Origin: an uncultured Pirellulales bacterium
GTDB taxonomy: Bacteria > Planctomycetota > Phycisphaerae > Sedimentisphaerales > Anaerobacaceae
DNA length: 57,224 bases
NCBI GenBank assembly: GCA_964492365.1
Contig: CAZBKA010000002.1
Span: 1,208 to 58,431, forward strand
Direction of reading: 5' to 3'
A program made the position numbers and the translations under genes. Below the pieces are notes generated by a model. The model saw only the letters and a program-made list of their open reading frames with translations, did not search any database and was not told where the DNA came from. Shown piece by piece: positions 28,010 to 37,107 of this stretch (position 1 is its first letter; the number at the start of each line of letters is the position of its first letter).

Positions 28010-29422
28010 ATGAATGATTTTCCTGTTCAATTAGAAATTAATAGATTGTCCGATACTAAGACAATCGAAAATGTAAGCTGTTATGAGCTTCTGCGTGAGA
28101 TCGCGGGGAAGCGGCAGGTTTATGACGGCATCTGGGATGGGAAAGCAGTGATTGTAAAAATTTTTCTTGATCCGATCAGCGCAAACAGACATTTTAAAAA
28201 AGAATGGCAAGGCATGAAAAAACTCCAAGAGCTGGGTCTAAACGGTGCTAAGCCTTTATTTTACGGCAAGGGGAAAAACGAAAGCTGGGTGATAGTATCG
28301 GAGAATCTCGTCGGTGCGGAAACAGTTCTTTGTGCAATGCCACAATGCAAAAGCAAAGAGGCTAAAATTGAGCTTGTGCTGAAGGTAGCAAGCGAGCTTG
28401 CCAGACAACATGTTAAAGGTGTAATTCAAAAAGATCTGCATCTTGGCAATTTCATGATTAAAGATGATACGATATATGCACTTGATCCGGGGCAGATGAG
28501 TTTTTCTCCAAAAGCATTATCACGAGGAAAAAGCCTTTGCAATCTGGGGGCACTGGCGATGTCACTGCCGGATTATGACAAACAAATTTTACGAGATTTG
28601 TGTGAAAAATACTTTGCTGAGAGAGGATGGCATTTTAACGATAAAGATGAAAAAGATTTTGAAAAAAATCTCTTAAAAAACGAAATGCTGAGCATAAGAC
28701 ATTCTCAAAGAAAATGTCTGCGGACGAGCAAACGAACCTTGAAACTGGAAACAAATGATTACAACTCTGTTTTTGACAGACATTTCTGCGACAATATTAA
28801 TCCGCATGAATTCATCGATCAAATTGATGATCTTATGGACAAGGGTACCATTCTTAAGAATGGCACAACTTGTTATGTTTCAAGATTCAATTACAACAAT
28901 TATGATATAGTCGTAAAAAAGTATAAATATAAGGGACCAATTAATCTTCTCAGACAAAACCTTCTAACTTCCCGTGCAAGACGCAACTGGCTGTATGCAA
29001 ATTTGCTTATATCTGTAAAAATAGGAACGCCTGAACCTTTTGGTTTTATCGAAAAGAAGAAAGGACCTTTCATCTGGGAGTCTTATTATATCAGCGAATA
29101 TACAGATGCCATAAACCTTTATACATTTTTGGCCAATCCAAATCTGACACCTTCAGCGAGAGAAAAAATGGCAGACAGAATTATTGACCTGATGGCCCAA
29201 ATGGGGAAACGGGGCCTTTCTCATGGCGATATGAAGCGCTCAAATATATTAATAGACGGTGAGAAGCTTATTTTAATAGACCTGGATTCGATGAAAATTC
29301 ACGGCATCGGGCTTACGTGTCAGATGGAACTAGCCAAAGACATCAAACGGCTCGGCAGGGACAAACCAGGCGGTTACAAAGGCATACACATCGACTATAA
29401 AAAGCTGATGAGCAAAATTTAG
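28010..29422 (+). CDS. Tandem lipopolysaccharide-kinase (Kdo/WaaP/RIO-like) domain protein
   Basis: Two kinase-like halves, each with catalytic-loop and DFG-like elements. The first has DLHLGNFMI...ALDPGQM and the second has HGDMKRSNILI...LIDLDSM. Confidence 0.6.
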   Translation: MNDFPVQLEINRLSDTKTIENVSCYELLREIAGKRQVYDGIWDGKAVIVKIFLDPISANRHFKKEWQGMKKLQELGLNGAKPLFYGKGKNESWVIVSENLVGAETVLCAMPQCKSKEAKIELVLKVASELARQHVKGVIQKDLHLGNFMIKDDTIYALDPGQMSFSPKALSRGKSLCNLGALAMSLPDYDKQILRDLCEKYFAERGWHFNDKDEKDFEKNLLKNEMLSIRHSQRKCLRTSKRTLKLETNDYNSVFDRHFCDNINPHEFIDQIDDLMDKGTILKNGTTCYVSRFNYNNYDIVVKKYKYKGPINLLRQNLLTSRARRNWLYANLLISVKIGTPEPFGFIEKKKGPFIWESYYISEYTDAINLYTFLANPNLTPSAREKMADRIIDLMAQMGKRGLSHGDMKRSNILIDGEKLILIDLDSMKIHGIGLTCQMELAKDIKRLGRDKPGGYKGIHIDYKKLMSKI

Positions 29423-29440
29423 TGTGAAAATTCGGCGAAG

Positions 29441-30430
29441 TTAAAACTGACGCAGGAACCTGAGGTCGTTTTCGAAGAGCAGTCTAATATCGGTTATGCC
29501 GTATTTACGCATTGCAAGTCTTTCGATTCCAAAACCAAAAGCCCAACCTGTATATTTTTCTTTGTCAATATGAACCAAATCGAAAACGTTCGGGTCAACC
29601 ATACCACAGCCGCCCATTTCGATCCATTTTTCCTCACCACTTTTATCTATCCAGAGCAAATCAATCTCAGCACTTGGTTCAGTAAATGGGAAAAAGCTCG
29701 GTCTGAAACGCCAAACGGTATTCTGACCAAAAAATGTTTTTATGAACTGGTCAATAGTGGTTTTCATGTCCACCATCGTTACACCTTCGTCAACTACCAA
29801 TGCCTCAATCTGATGGAACATGAACATATGAGTAGCATCGACAGTATCGGGGCGGTATACCCTACCAGGAGCAACAATACGAATCGGCGGCTTCTCTTTT
29901 TCCATCGTACGGATCTGAATAGTTGAAGTCTGGCTTCTCAAAAGAGTGTCATTGTCGACATAAAAATTGTCCATCGGGTCCCTTGCAGGATGTTCCGGAC
30001 CAATGTTCAATGCAATAAAATTATGCCATTCGTCCTCGACTTCAGGACCATAAGCAACATTAAACCCCATCCTGCCGAATATATCGAGCAATTCGCTGAT
30101 CGTCTGAGAGATAACGTGTGCCTTGCCGATTTTGTATTCTCTGGCGGGCAATGTCACGTCTATTGACCTTTCAGATTTGCCTTTTGAAGATTGAAGTGTT
30201 TGTTTTAACAGCTCAAAAGCAGAAGTCACTTCTTTTTTTACTTTATTGGCAATCTGACCGGCTTTTGGTTTTTCCTCTTTTGAAAATTTGCTGATATCGC
30301 TGAGCATTCCAGTAACAATACCTTTACGAGACAGGTATTTGATACGAAAATCTTCAAGGGCCTGTGAATCCACAACCCGCTTCAAAGCATCTAATGCCTC
30401 TTTGCCAATATTTTCAAACTGTTCAAGCAT
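29441..30430 (-). CDS. pheS: Phenylalanine--tRNA ligase alpha subunit
   Basis: Class II aaRS motifs (HPARD, FRPSFFPFTEPS, GFGIERLAM). Confidence 0.95.
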   Translation of the reverse strand: MLEQFENIGKEALDALKRVVDSQALEDFRIKYLSRKGIVTGMLSDISKFSKEEKPKAGQIANKVKKEVTSAFELLKQTLQSSKGKSERSIDVTLPAREYKIGKAHVISQTISELLDIFGRMGFNVAYGPEVEDEWHNFIALNIGPEHPARDPMDNFYVDNDTLLRSQTSTIQIRTMEKEKPPIRIVAPGRVYRPDTVDATHMFMFHQIEALVVDEGVTMVDMKTTIDQFIKTFFGQNTVWRFRPSFFPFTEPSAEIDLLWIDKSGEEKWIEMGGCGMVDPNVFDLVHIDKEKYTGWAFGFGIERLAMRKYGITDIRLLFENDLRFLRQF

Positions 30431-30470
30431 CTAAAAACACCATTGCCGATTATAGTTAAAACGATTCGAT

Positions 30471-30827
30471 TTAAACCAACGCTGCTTTTGCAGCATCTAC
30501 AATGGCATCAAATCCAGCTGGGTCGGCAATAGCAATTTCACTGAGCATTTTTCTGTTAATCTCAATATTTGCCTTTTTACACCCATTTATAAACTGGCTG
30601 TATGTAATTGAACGTGCTTTGCAGGCTGCGTTAACCCTGATGACCCAAATGCCACGGAAAATACGCTTTTTGCGTCTTCTGCCTACTCTTGCATTAACCC
30701 CAGCTCTAACGACAGCTTCTTTGGCCAACCTAATGGTTCTACCTGCAGAACCCCTGTGTCCACTGACTCTTTTTAAAATTCTCTTATTAGCTTGGCGTCT
30801 AGCGGCACCTTTTCTTGCTCTTGGCAT
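30471..30827 (-). CDS. rplT: 50S ribosomal protein L20
   Basis: MPRARKGAARRQANKRILK... is a typical L20 N-terminus. Confidence 0.95.
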   Translation of the reverse strand: MPRARKGAARRQANKRILKRVSGHRGSAGRTIRLAKEAVVRAGVNARVGRRRKKRIFRGIWVIRVNAACKARSITYSQFINGCKKANIEINRKMLSEIAIADPAGFDAIVDAAKAALV

Positions 30828-30933
30828 ATCAGCTTTCCTTTAAATAAATTTTAAAAAATATTAATCCTACTAGCGGCAGCTGATGAGAAGCCGAGAAGCA
30901 GGATATTTAAATTAACTTGATTAACGAATCAAA

Positions 30934-31128
30934 TCAATTACACAAGAATGACTTAATTTTCTTAGACATCGTACTGCTCACCAGTGCAGGCTTTGATAGT
31001 GCCCTTCTTCGCTTAGAAGATTTACTGCTCATGAGATGTCCAGAGAAAGCCTTCTTGTATTTTACTTTCCCCGATCCGGTAACTTTAACTCTCTTACTTA
31101 ATCCCTTATGGGTTTTCTGTTTAGGCAT
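30934..31128 (-). CDS. rpmI: 50S ribosomal protein L35
   Basis: MPKQKTHKGLSKRVKVTGSGKVKYKKAF. Confidence 0.95.
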   Translation of the reverse strand: MPKQKTHKGLSKRVKVTGSGKVKYKKAFSGHLMSSKSSKRRRALSKPALVSSTMSKKIKSFLCN

Positions 31129-31184
31129 ATGTCAAAATCCTTGCAAAATATCTTTAACCGTTTTAATCAAAATAGAAAGTTGAT

Positions 31185-31213
31185 AATGTAAGCTATTTAA
31201 CCGTTCAGGTCAA
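31185..31213 (-). promoter_or_regulatory. Putative internal promoter for rpmI-rplT
   Basis: The minus strand reads TTGACC, 17 nt spacer, TACATT. It lies in the 245 nt infC-rpmI spacer. Confidence 0.4.
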
Positions 31214-31374
31214 GAGGATTGCTTTGAAAATACACAAAAAAGCGTAAAAACTGTGTGTAAGCTGCAAAAAGCCCATGTACAACCTAAATAAACACCCCCA
31301 ATTGAATAAGAGAGCGTATATTTCCCTCCTATTCAATAATCAAACAAGCTTAAAAACCCGTTAAAATATATATG

Positions 31375-31869
31375 TTACTTTGCCCCAAGCAGCAATATCA
31401 TTCGTTTCCCAGCCAGCTTACTCGATCCTTCTACCTTTGAGCAATCACTCATTGTTTCGGCAATGCTTTCAAGAAGCTCAAAACCTTTGTCTTTGTGTAA
31501 CATCTGCCTGCCGCGGAAAATAACGGAAATTTGAACTTTATGACCTTTTTCGAGAAACTGCCTTGCTTGCTTAAGCTTTATTTCTAAATCATGCGGGTCT
31601 GTCTCAGGCCTGATCCTGATTTCTTTTAGCACCTGAGTGGTAACACGAGTTTTCTTATGAGCCTCCCGAGCCTTTCTTTTCTGCTCATAGAGCCATTTGC
31701 CATAATCCATAACTCGACAAACCGGCGGTTCAACATTTGGAGAAACCTCAACGAGATCCAAACCTGCGTCCTGAGCTATCCTTATAGCTTCATATCGATC
31801 AACAACCCCGATTTGTTCATTTTTTTCATTTATTAGGCGAACCTGTCTTGCTTTGATCCCGCCATTCAC
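31375..31869 (-). CDS. infC: Translation initiation factor IF-3
   Basis: IKARQVRLINEKNEQIGVV...YGKWLYEQKRK... is typical IF3. The GTG start at 31869 comes from the track. An in-frame ATC at 31893 with an upstream AAGGTGG is an alternative start (see findings). Confidence 0.9.
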   Translation of the reverse strand: MNGGIKARQVRLINEKNEQIGVVDRYEAIRIAQDAGLDLVEVSPNVEPPVCRVMDYGKWLYEQKRKAREAHKKTRVTTQVLKEIRIRPETDPHDLEIKLKQARQFLEKGHKVQISVIFRGRQMLHKDKGFELLESIAETMSDCSKVEGSSKLAGKRMILLLGAK

Positions 31870-31947
31870 CTTTAAACCTTGTTGCTTACTGATAGCTAAC
31901 CACCTTGCCTTTCTTATATTAACTCAAATATTTTTTGTGTTTTACAA

Positions 31948-33867
31948 TTAAAACACCAAATCAACGGATTTTTCTGCTATTTTAGCTTTTGCTATTGATA
32001 AAAACTCTTCAAACGAAATAGTTTTATTGTCAGTTGTCGATCTTACCCTTACGTTTACAGCATTGTTTTCAGCTTCTTTAGGAGCAACCACTAGTACATA
32101 GGGCACCCTTTCGCTATGTGTTTTTGCGATCTTAGCCCCAATTTTTTCATTTGAGGTATCGATTGAGCATCTAAAAGACGCTTTTTTGAGCAGATCGAAG
32201 ACTTTTTGGGCGTATTCGTTGGATTTTTCACTGATGGTCAATACTTTAACCTGAGTAGGTGCCAACCAGATCGGCATGTTTCCCGCGTAATTCTCAATCA
32301 ATATCCCAATAAACCTCTCAAAAGAGCCCAGAACCGCACGGTGGATCATAACGGGAGCTTTTTCTGTATTATCCTTATCGGTATAAACAAGCCCAAAACG
32401 CTGTGGCATAGAGAAATCAAGTTGAATAGTACCAAGCTGCCATGATCGTTTCAGACAGTCCTTAATATGGAAATCGATCTTGGGGCCATAGAAAGCACCA
32501 TCGCCTTCATTTACCTGAAAATCAATATTCTTATGCTTCAATGCAGCAATAAGTGCATTTGTTGCGATATCCCAGATATCATCGGATCCTATATGCTTAT
32601 CAGGTTTTGTAGAAAGCTCAATATGGATATCTTCAAAACCGAAAGCCTTATAAAGTTCAAATGTAAGTTCAATCACACCAATGATTTCAGCTTCTATCTG
32701 CTCCGGAGTGCAGAATATGTGTGCATCATCCTGAGTAAACTGCCTTACTCTAAAAAGCCCATGCATTACGCCGCTGGCCTCATGCCTGTGCACCAAACCA
32801 AGTTCTGCAACTCTTAATGGAAAATCACGGTAAGAATGTGAGTTGCTATTGAAAACCAGACATCCACCGGGACAGTTCATTGGTTTTATGGCATATCCAA
32901 CGCCGTCAATCTTCGTAAAATACATGTTTTCTTTATAATTGTCCCAATGGCCGCTTTTGTGCCAAAGGTCCTCGTTTAGCATTATTGGTGTTTTTATTTC
33001 ACTGTAGCTATATCTTTTATGCACACTACGCCAGAAATCAACTATTTCGTTCCAGATAATCATTCCATTTGGGTGCATAAAAGCAAAACCAGGGCCTGCG
33101 TCATTGAAGCTGAACAGATCAAGCTGTTTGCCTATAACACGGTGATCCCGTTTTTTTGCTTCTTCAAGGAGGTAAAGATACTCATCAAGCTCTTTTTTAG
33201 TAGCCCATGCTGTACCGTAAACCCTCTGAAGCATCTTCTGTGTAGCATCACCATGCCAATATGCCCCGGCAACAGACATAATCTTAAAACCGCCTATTTT
33301 GCCTGTACTTGGCACATGAGGCCCCCTGCAGAGATCCTCAAAACCGTCTTGCCCATGGCTGTAAAAAGTTATCGTATCGCCATCAGCACGATTGATATTG
33401 TCTATCTTGTAGCCATCACCGGCCATTTTAGTCAGTGCTTCTGACCGGGACATTTCTTTTCTGATAAATGGCACATCTGCTTTAACAATCTCTGCCATTT
33501 TCTTTTCAATTTTCTCAAAATCGTTTGGTCTGATGGTCTCATCAAGGTCAATATCATAATAAAAACCATCTTCGACAACTGGTCCATAGACAAGTTTTGC
33601 CTTTGGCCAAATGCTGCAAATAGCCTCGGCCATTACATGAGAACAGCTGTGCCGCATTATTTCAAGACCTTCAGGGTTTTTAGGTGTTATTATCTCTACA
33701 GAAACATCGGAGTTAATTTTTGCTGACAAATCAACCAATTTATCGTTAATTTTGGCCGCCAGAGCCGACTTTGCAAGACCAACACCTATTTGCTTAGCCA
33801 AATCAAAAACAGTACTACCATTTTCGATTTCTTTTATGCTGCCATCAGGCAGAGTTATTTTCACCAT
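31948..33867 (-). CDS. thrS: Threonine--tRNA ligase
   Basis: TGS domain (KITLPDGS), editing-domain HSCSHV, and class II motifs. Confidence 0.95.
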   Translation of the reverse strand: MVKITLPDGSIKEIENGSTVFDLAKQIGVGLAKSALAAKINDKLVDLSAKINSDVSVEIITPKNPEGLEIMRHSCSHVMAEAICSIWPKAKLVYGPVVEDGFYYDIDLDETIRPNDFEKIEKKMAEIVKADVPFIRKEMSRSEALTKMAGDGYKIDNINRADGDTITFYSHGQDGFEDLCRGPHVPSTGKIGGFKIMSVAGAYWHGDATQKMLQRVYGTAWATKKELDEYLYLLEEAKKRDHRVIGKQLDLFSFNDAGPGFAFMHPNGMIIWNEIVDFWRSVHKRYSYSEIKTPIMLNEDLWHKSGHWDNYKENMYFTKIDGVGYAIKPMNCPGGCLVFNSNSHSYRDFPLRVAELGLVHRHEASGVMHGLFRVRQFTQDDAHIFCTPEQIEAEIIGVIELTFELYKAFGFEDIHIELSTKPDKHIGSDDIWDIATNALIAALKHKNIDFQVNEGDGAFYGPKIDFHIKDCLKRSWQLGTIQLDFSMPQRFGLVYTDKDNTEKAPVMIHRAVLGSFERFIGILIENYAGNMPIWLAPTQVKVLTISEKSNEYAQKVFDLLKKASFRCSIDTSNEKIGAKIAKTHSERVPYVLVVAPKEAENNAVNVRVRSTTDNKTISFEEFLSIAKAKIAEKSVDLVF

Positions 33868-34055
33868 AAATTTTCGTCCAATATCATAAATCCTTTTTAA
33901 TTATCAGCTTAATATAGAGCCAGCTATGCGTTTTGTCAAGATATCGACCCTATTTAAAGAGCTGAAAATCAAATATATAATGCAAATATACACTGACATC
34001 CAGATTATAGCCTATAATACATTAGTCAATTATAAAAGTTTCATAAAATTATTTA

Positions 34056-34084
34056 TTGTAATTTCGAACATTTTATTATACAAT
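34056..34084 (+). promoter_or_regulatory. Putative promoter of the FHA gene
   Basis: TTGTAA, 17 nt spacer, TACAAT. The RBS GAGGAGAG precedes the ATG at 34130. Confidence 0.4.
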
Positions 34085-34129
34085 ATGGCTGGTTAAAAGC
34101 TTTTGTTTCTTGTAATATGAGGAGAGTAA

Positions 34130-34651
34130 ATGGATATAAATCTTGTGTTGTTTAAAAAAGACGGCGGCATGAAATCCTTTCCGGTAAAACGGAATGTTGT
34201 TACAATAGGCAGAAGCCATAACTGTGATTTTCAGATACCAGTGATGTCGGTATCCAGAAAGCACTGTAAGTTAACATGCAAATCTGACGTTGTGACATTG
34301 CGTGACCTTGATTCACACAATGGAACCATTGTTAATGGCAAACCAATCAAAGAAACAACAATTGCCCCCGGTGACTCAATAGAAATAGGGCCTTTGGTAT
34401 TTGTCATACAGATAGACAATGAACCATCTGTTCTGAAAAACCCCAAACAGCAAGGAAATGCAAAAAAAGTTTCTCCAAAAACTGAAGATATACCTCTCAA
34501 AAAAGAAACTCCACCCAAAGAAAGCAAGCAGGATATTCCACCAAGCAAAGTTGAGGATGAAAATGCTATATCCGATGACCTGCTTGAAGGCAGTAGTTTT
34601 CTTAATTTGGATGAACTCGGTGACCTCAGTGATCTTGAAGAATTAAAATAA
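34130..34651 (+). CDS. FHA domain protein with an acidic, disordered C-terminal tail
   Basis: FHA core VTIGRSHNCDFQIPVMSVSRKHCKL...LRDLDSHNGTIVNGKPI. The tail is rich in K/E/P and ends in LDELGDLSDLEELK. Confidence 0.8.
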   Translation: MDINLVLFKKDGGMKSFPVKRNVVTIGRSHNCDFQIPVMSVSRKHCKLTCKSDVVTLRDLDSHNGTIVNGKPIKETTIAPGDSIEIGPLVFVIQIDNEPSVLKNPKQQGNAKKVSPKTEDIPLKKETPPKESKQDIPPSKVEDENAISDDLLEGSSFLNLDELGDLSDLEELK

Positions 34652-34736
34652 TAAACCTCTAAAAAAAAATTAGAAACTGTAATAATTACTTCAGTCGCAT
34701 ATTAAAAATTTTGTGTCGAGTTCTAAAAAGTATAAC

Positions 34737-34765
34737 TTGTATTTAAATAGCAATTGTGTTATTAT
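34737..34765 (+). promoter_or_regulatory. Possible promoter upstream of ATPase A
   Basis: TTGTAT, 17 nt spacer, TGtTATTAT. Confidence 0.3.
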
Positions 34766-34821
34766 TTTTGTAAGAAATAGCGGTTTTTAGGTAGTAATTA
34801 GGTTGCGAAAGAGGAAAATTG

Positions 34822-36333
34822 GTGCAAACTTTAGTTTTTAGTCCGATTAAATTGGCATTGCTCATAGGATGGTTTTTCCTGTGTTTCTGGCTTGCCCAGC
34901 GAACCCAGTACAGCCTGTTGGTGCCAAAGGATAAAAAAATAAGCGCGGCTTTGATGGCATTGCTACTGGGACCAATTGCATTTCTTATTTTCCTTTTCAT
35001 CGACCTGATGAAAAAGTCAGCTCAAAGCCAGAGCAATATGATTGAGCTTTTAAAAGAGTTCATTGCAAATATCTTCAAAAAAGAAAAAGAAGAACGTGAA
35101 GAATTCTCGATCAATCTCTTTGACTCATCGGGAAGAAATCTCAAAGAAATCTACAGCCATGGTAAGTCAAGCAGGGATTTGCAGGTTCTTGACCTTACTA
35201 CGGAAATAATATGGAAAGGGCTTGAACTTAATGCAAGCGACATCCTTATAGACCCGAAAGATGATTCGGTATCTACAGTAAGGCTTAGGATAGACGGAGT
35301 ATTGAGGATTATAGATCAGTTAGAAACGGACACCTGTCAGGCTGTGGTTAACAGTATCAAAGCTGTAGCCAATATGGATATAGCAGAAAGAAGAAGGCCT
35401 CAGGACGGTGCTTTTACCGCAAAAACTATCACAGGAAATGTTTCTTTCAGGGTAGCAAGCGCGGGTGCCTTAAATGGCGAGAAGTTATCTATAAGGGTAC
35501 TTAACCAGAACGCAAATCGATTCAGACTCGATAACATCGGTATTTCAAAAAAACAAGCAATTGTGATTCAAAATGCAATGAAAAAACCTTCCGGTATGAT
35601 TCTGATGTGCGGACCTACGGGAAGCGGAAAAACTACGACTATGTACGGCATGCTGAATGAAATTGATTTCAACCAGCGTAATGTAATCACAGTTGAGGAT
35701 CCGATAGAGTACGTTCTGCCGCAGGCAAGTCAGATCGAAGTAAATGCAAAGGCTGATATTACTTTTGCAAAATCATTAAGGAGCATTTTAAGACAGGACC
35801 CTGATGTGATATGTGTTGGTGAGATTCGAGATGAGGACACCGCTGCTATTGCATTGAGGGCATCACAAACCGGTCACCTGGTACTTGCCACGATTCACAG
35901 CAACAGCAATGCGGCAACAATTGTCAGATTAATGGACCTAGGGATCAGCCCCCTGCTTATCGCTACAGGTCTTAGCACACTTATATCTCAAAGGCTCGTG
36001 CGTAAACTTTGTGAAAATTGTAAACGACAGGCAAATCTGAGCCAAGCACAGATATTGAGCTTTAAAAAGAATAAAGTAAACTACCTGAATATTTATGAGG
36101 CTGTCGGATGTGAAAAATGTCACGGTACCGGATATCTTGGAAGAATAGCTATTTGCGATATACTTGATATCGATGATAATCTCAGGACTCTTATCGCAAA
36201 TGAAAAACTAGATATCGGGCAGCTGAGAAAAAACGGTGACGAAAAAGGTAAATCTAATCTTCAGAAACAAGGACTGAAAAAGGTCGTCGAAGGAATAACA
36301 AGCCTGGATGAACTTAAACGGGTTTTAGGATAA
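34822..36333 (+). CDS. Membrane-anchored GspE/PilB-family secretion ATPase (module A), catalytic motifs intact
   Basis: Two N-terminal TM helices. N2E-like block (RRRPQDGAF). Walker A CGPTGSGKTTT. Asp box ITVEDPIEY. Walker B DPDVICVGEIRD. His box GHLVLATIHSN. Tetra-Cys CENC...CEKCHGTGY. The GTG at 34822 lies 6 nt after GAGGA. The track start is TTG at 34819. Confidence 0.8.
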   Translation: MQTLVFSPIKLALLIGWFFLCFWLAQRTQYSLLVPKDKKISAALMALLLGPIAFLIFLFIDLMKKSAQSQSNMIELLKEFIANIFKKEKEEREEFSINLFDSSGRNLKEIYSHGKSSRDLQVLDLTTEIIWKGLELNASDILIDPKDDSVSTVRLRIDGVLRIIDQLETDTCQAVVNSIKAVANMDIAERRRPQDGAFTAKTITGNVSFRVASAGALNGEKLSIRVLNQNANRFRLDNIGISKKQAIVIQNAMKKPSGMILMCGPTGSGKTTTMYGMLNEIDFNQRNVITVEDPIEYVLPQASQIEVNAKADITFAKSLRSILRQDPDVICVGEIRDEDTAAIALRASQTGHLVLATIHSNSNAATIVRLMDLGISPLLIATGLSTLISQRLVRKLCENCKRQANLSQAQILSFKKNKVNYLNIYEAVGCEKCHGTGYLGRIAICDILDIDDNLRTLIANEKLDIGQLRKNGDEKGKSNLQKQGLKKVVEGITSLDELKRVLG

Positions 36334-36337
36334 TCTT

Positions 36338-36994
36338 ATGGGCATGCTTATTGCAATTATAGCTGGATTGATTTTTGCCTGGATAGCGATCAGGGTAGGT
36401 TTTTATGTTGCATGGTCCGTCATGTTCAATCTGGTTGTATCAATTTATATAGCTATCTCCCTGGGACCATTTGTTGCTGACAAGCTACCATTAGAAGGCG
36501 GTTTCGGTGCAGCAATTGTTTTAACAGGTCTGGCAGCGGCGGTCTTTGCAGTTCTTCAAGGCTCTTGCTATTTATTCTTCACGAGCCAGTATGAAATGTC
36601 TTTTCCCGCTATTTTTGACAGCGTAGCTTCAGGCATCACAGGATTTTTAACTGGAGTGTTGATCGTAAGCTTTCTGATTCTTCCTGTGGGGCTTATACGC
36701 CAGGGTACAGTGGCTGATAAAAATACTACGAAAGAAAGCTACCAACTGAACAGTTCCGCATATCTCAACTTCTGGTATAATGCTGTGCATTATCTGGTAG
36801 GAAAAGAGGAAAATGTTCAACCAGAAACACTAGTTGCCGGAATAATCAAAAACAATAAAAAAGTTAAAAATACCAAAGCAGAAGTTAAGGTTGTTGAGCA
36901 AGTAAAAGTAGTAGAACCAAACGAAGTTAAGGTCGAAGAAGTTAGCAAAGATAAACTTGGCACACCACCTGATTTTGACTTTGATAAAATATAA
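36338..36994 (+). CDS. CvpA-like 4-TM membrane protein (module A) with a K/V/E-rich tail
   Basis: Four hydrophobic segments. The N-terminus LIAIIAGLIFAWIAIRVGF resembles the CvpA (PF02674) start. Only a 4 nt gap separates it from the ATPase gene. Confidence 0.45.
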   Translation: MGMLIAIIAGLIFAWIAIRVGFYVAWSVMFNLVVSIYIAISLGPFVADKLPLEGGFGAAIVLTGLAAAVFAVLQGSCYLFFTSQYEMSFPAIFDSVASGITGFLTGVLIVSFLILPVGLIRQGTVADKNTTKESYQLNSSAYLNFWYNAVHYLVGKEENVQPETLVAGIIKNNKKVKNTKAEVKVVEQVKVVEPNEVKVEEVSKDKLGTPPDFDFDKI

Positions 36995-37047
36995 TCAGCT
37001 ATGCCTTATTTTCGGGTTTGTGTAATTCATCTGCCAAACTCAGCACA

Positions 37048-37090
37048 TAAAAAAAGCGAATATACCAATCGGCATATTCGCTTTTTTTTA
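37048..37090. terminator. Bidirectional rho-independent terminator
   Basis: Perfect 9 bp stem of AGCGAATAT (37055-37063) with ATATTCGCT (37074-37082). It is flanked by an A7 run and a T8 run and sits between convergent genes. Confidence 0.8.
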
Positions 37091-37107
37091 ATTTCAAAAA
37101 TATTAGC

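Noticed and set aside
30502-31183. ORFs of 113 aa and 88 aa on the + strand across rplT and rpmI
   Set aside because: They are antisense to unmistakable ribosomal protein genes.
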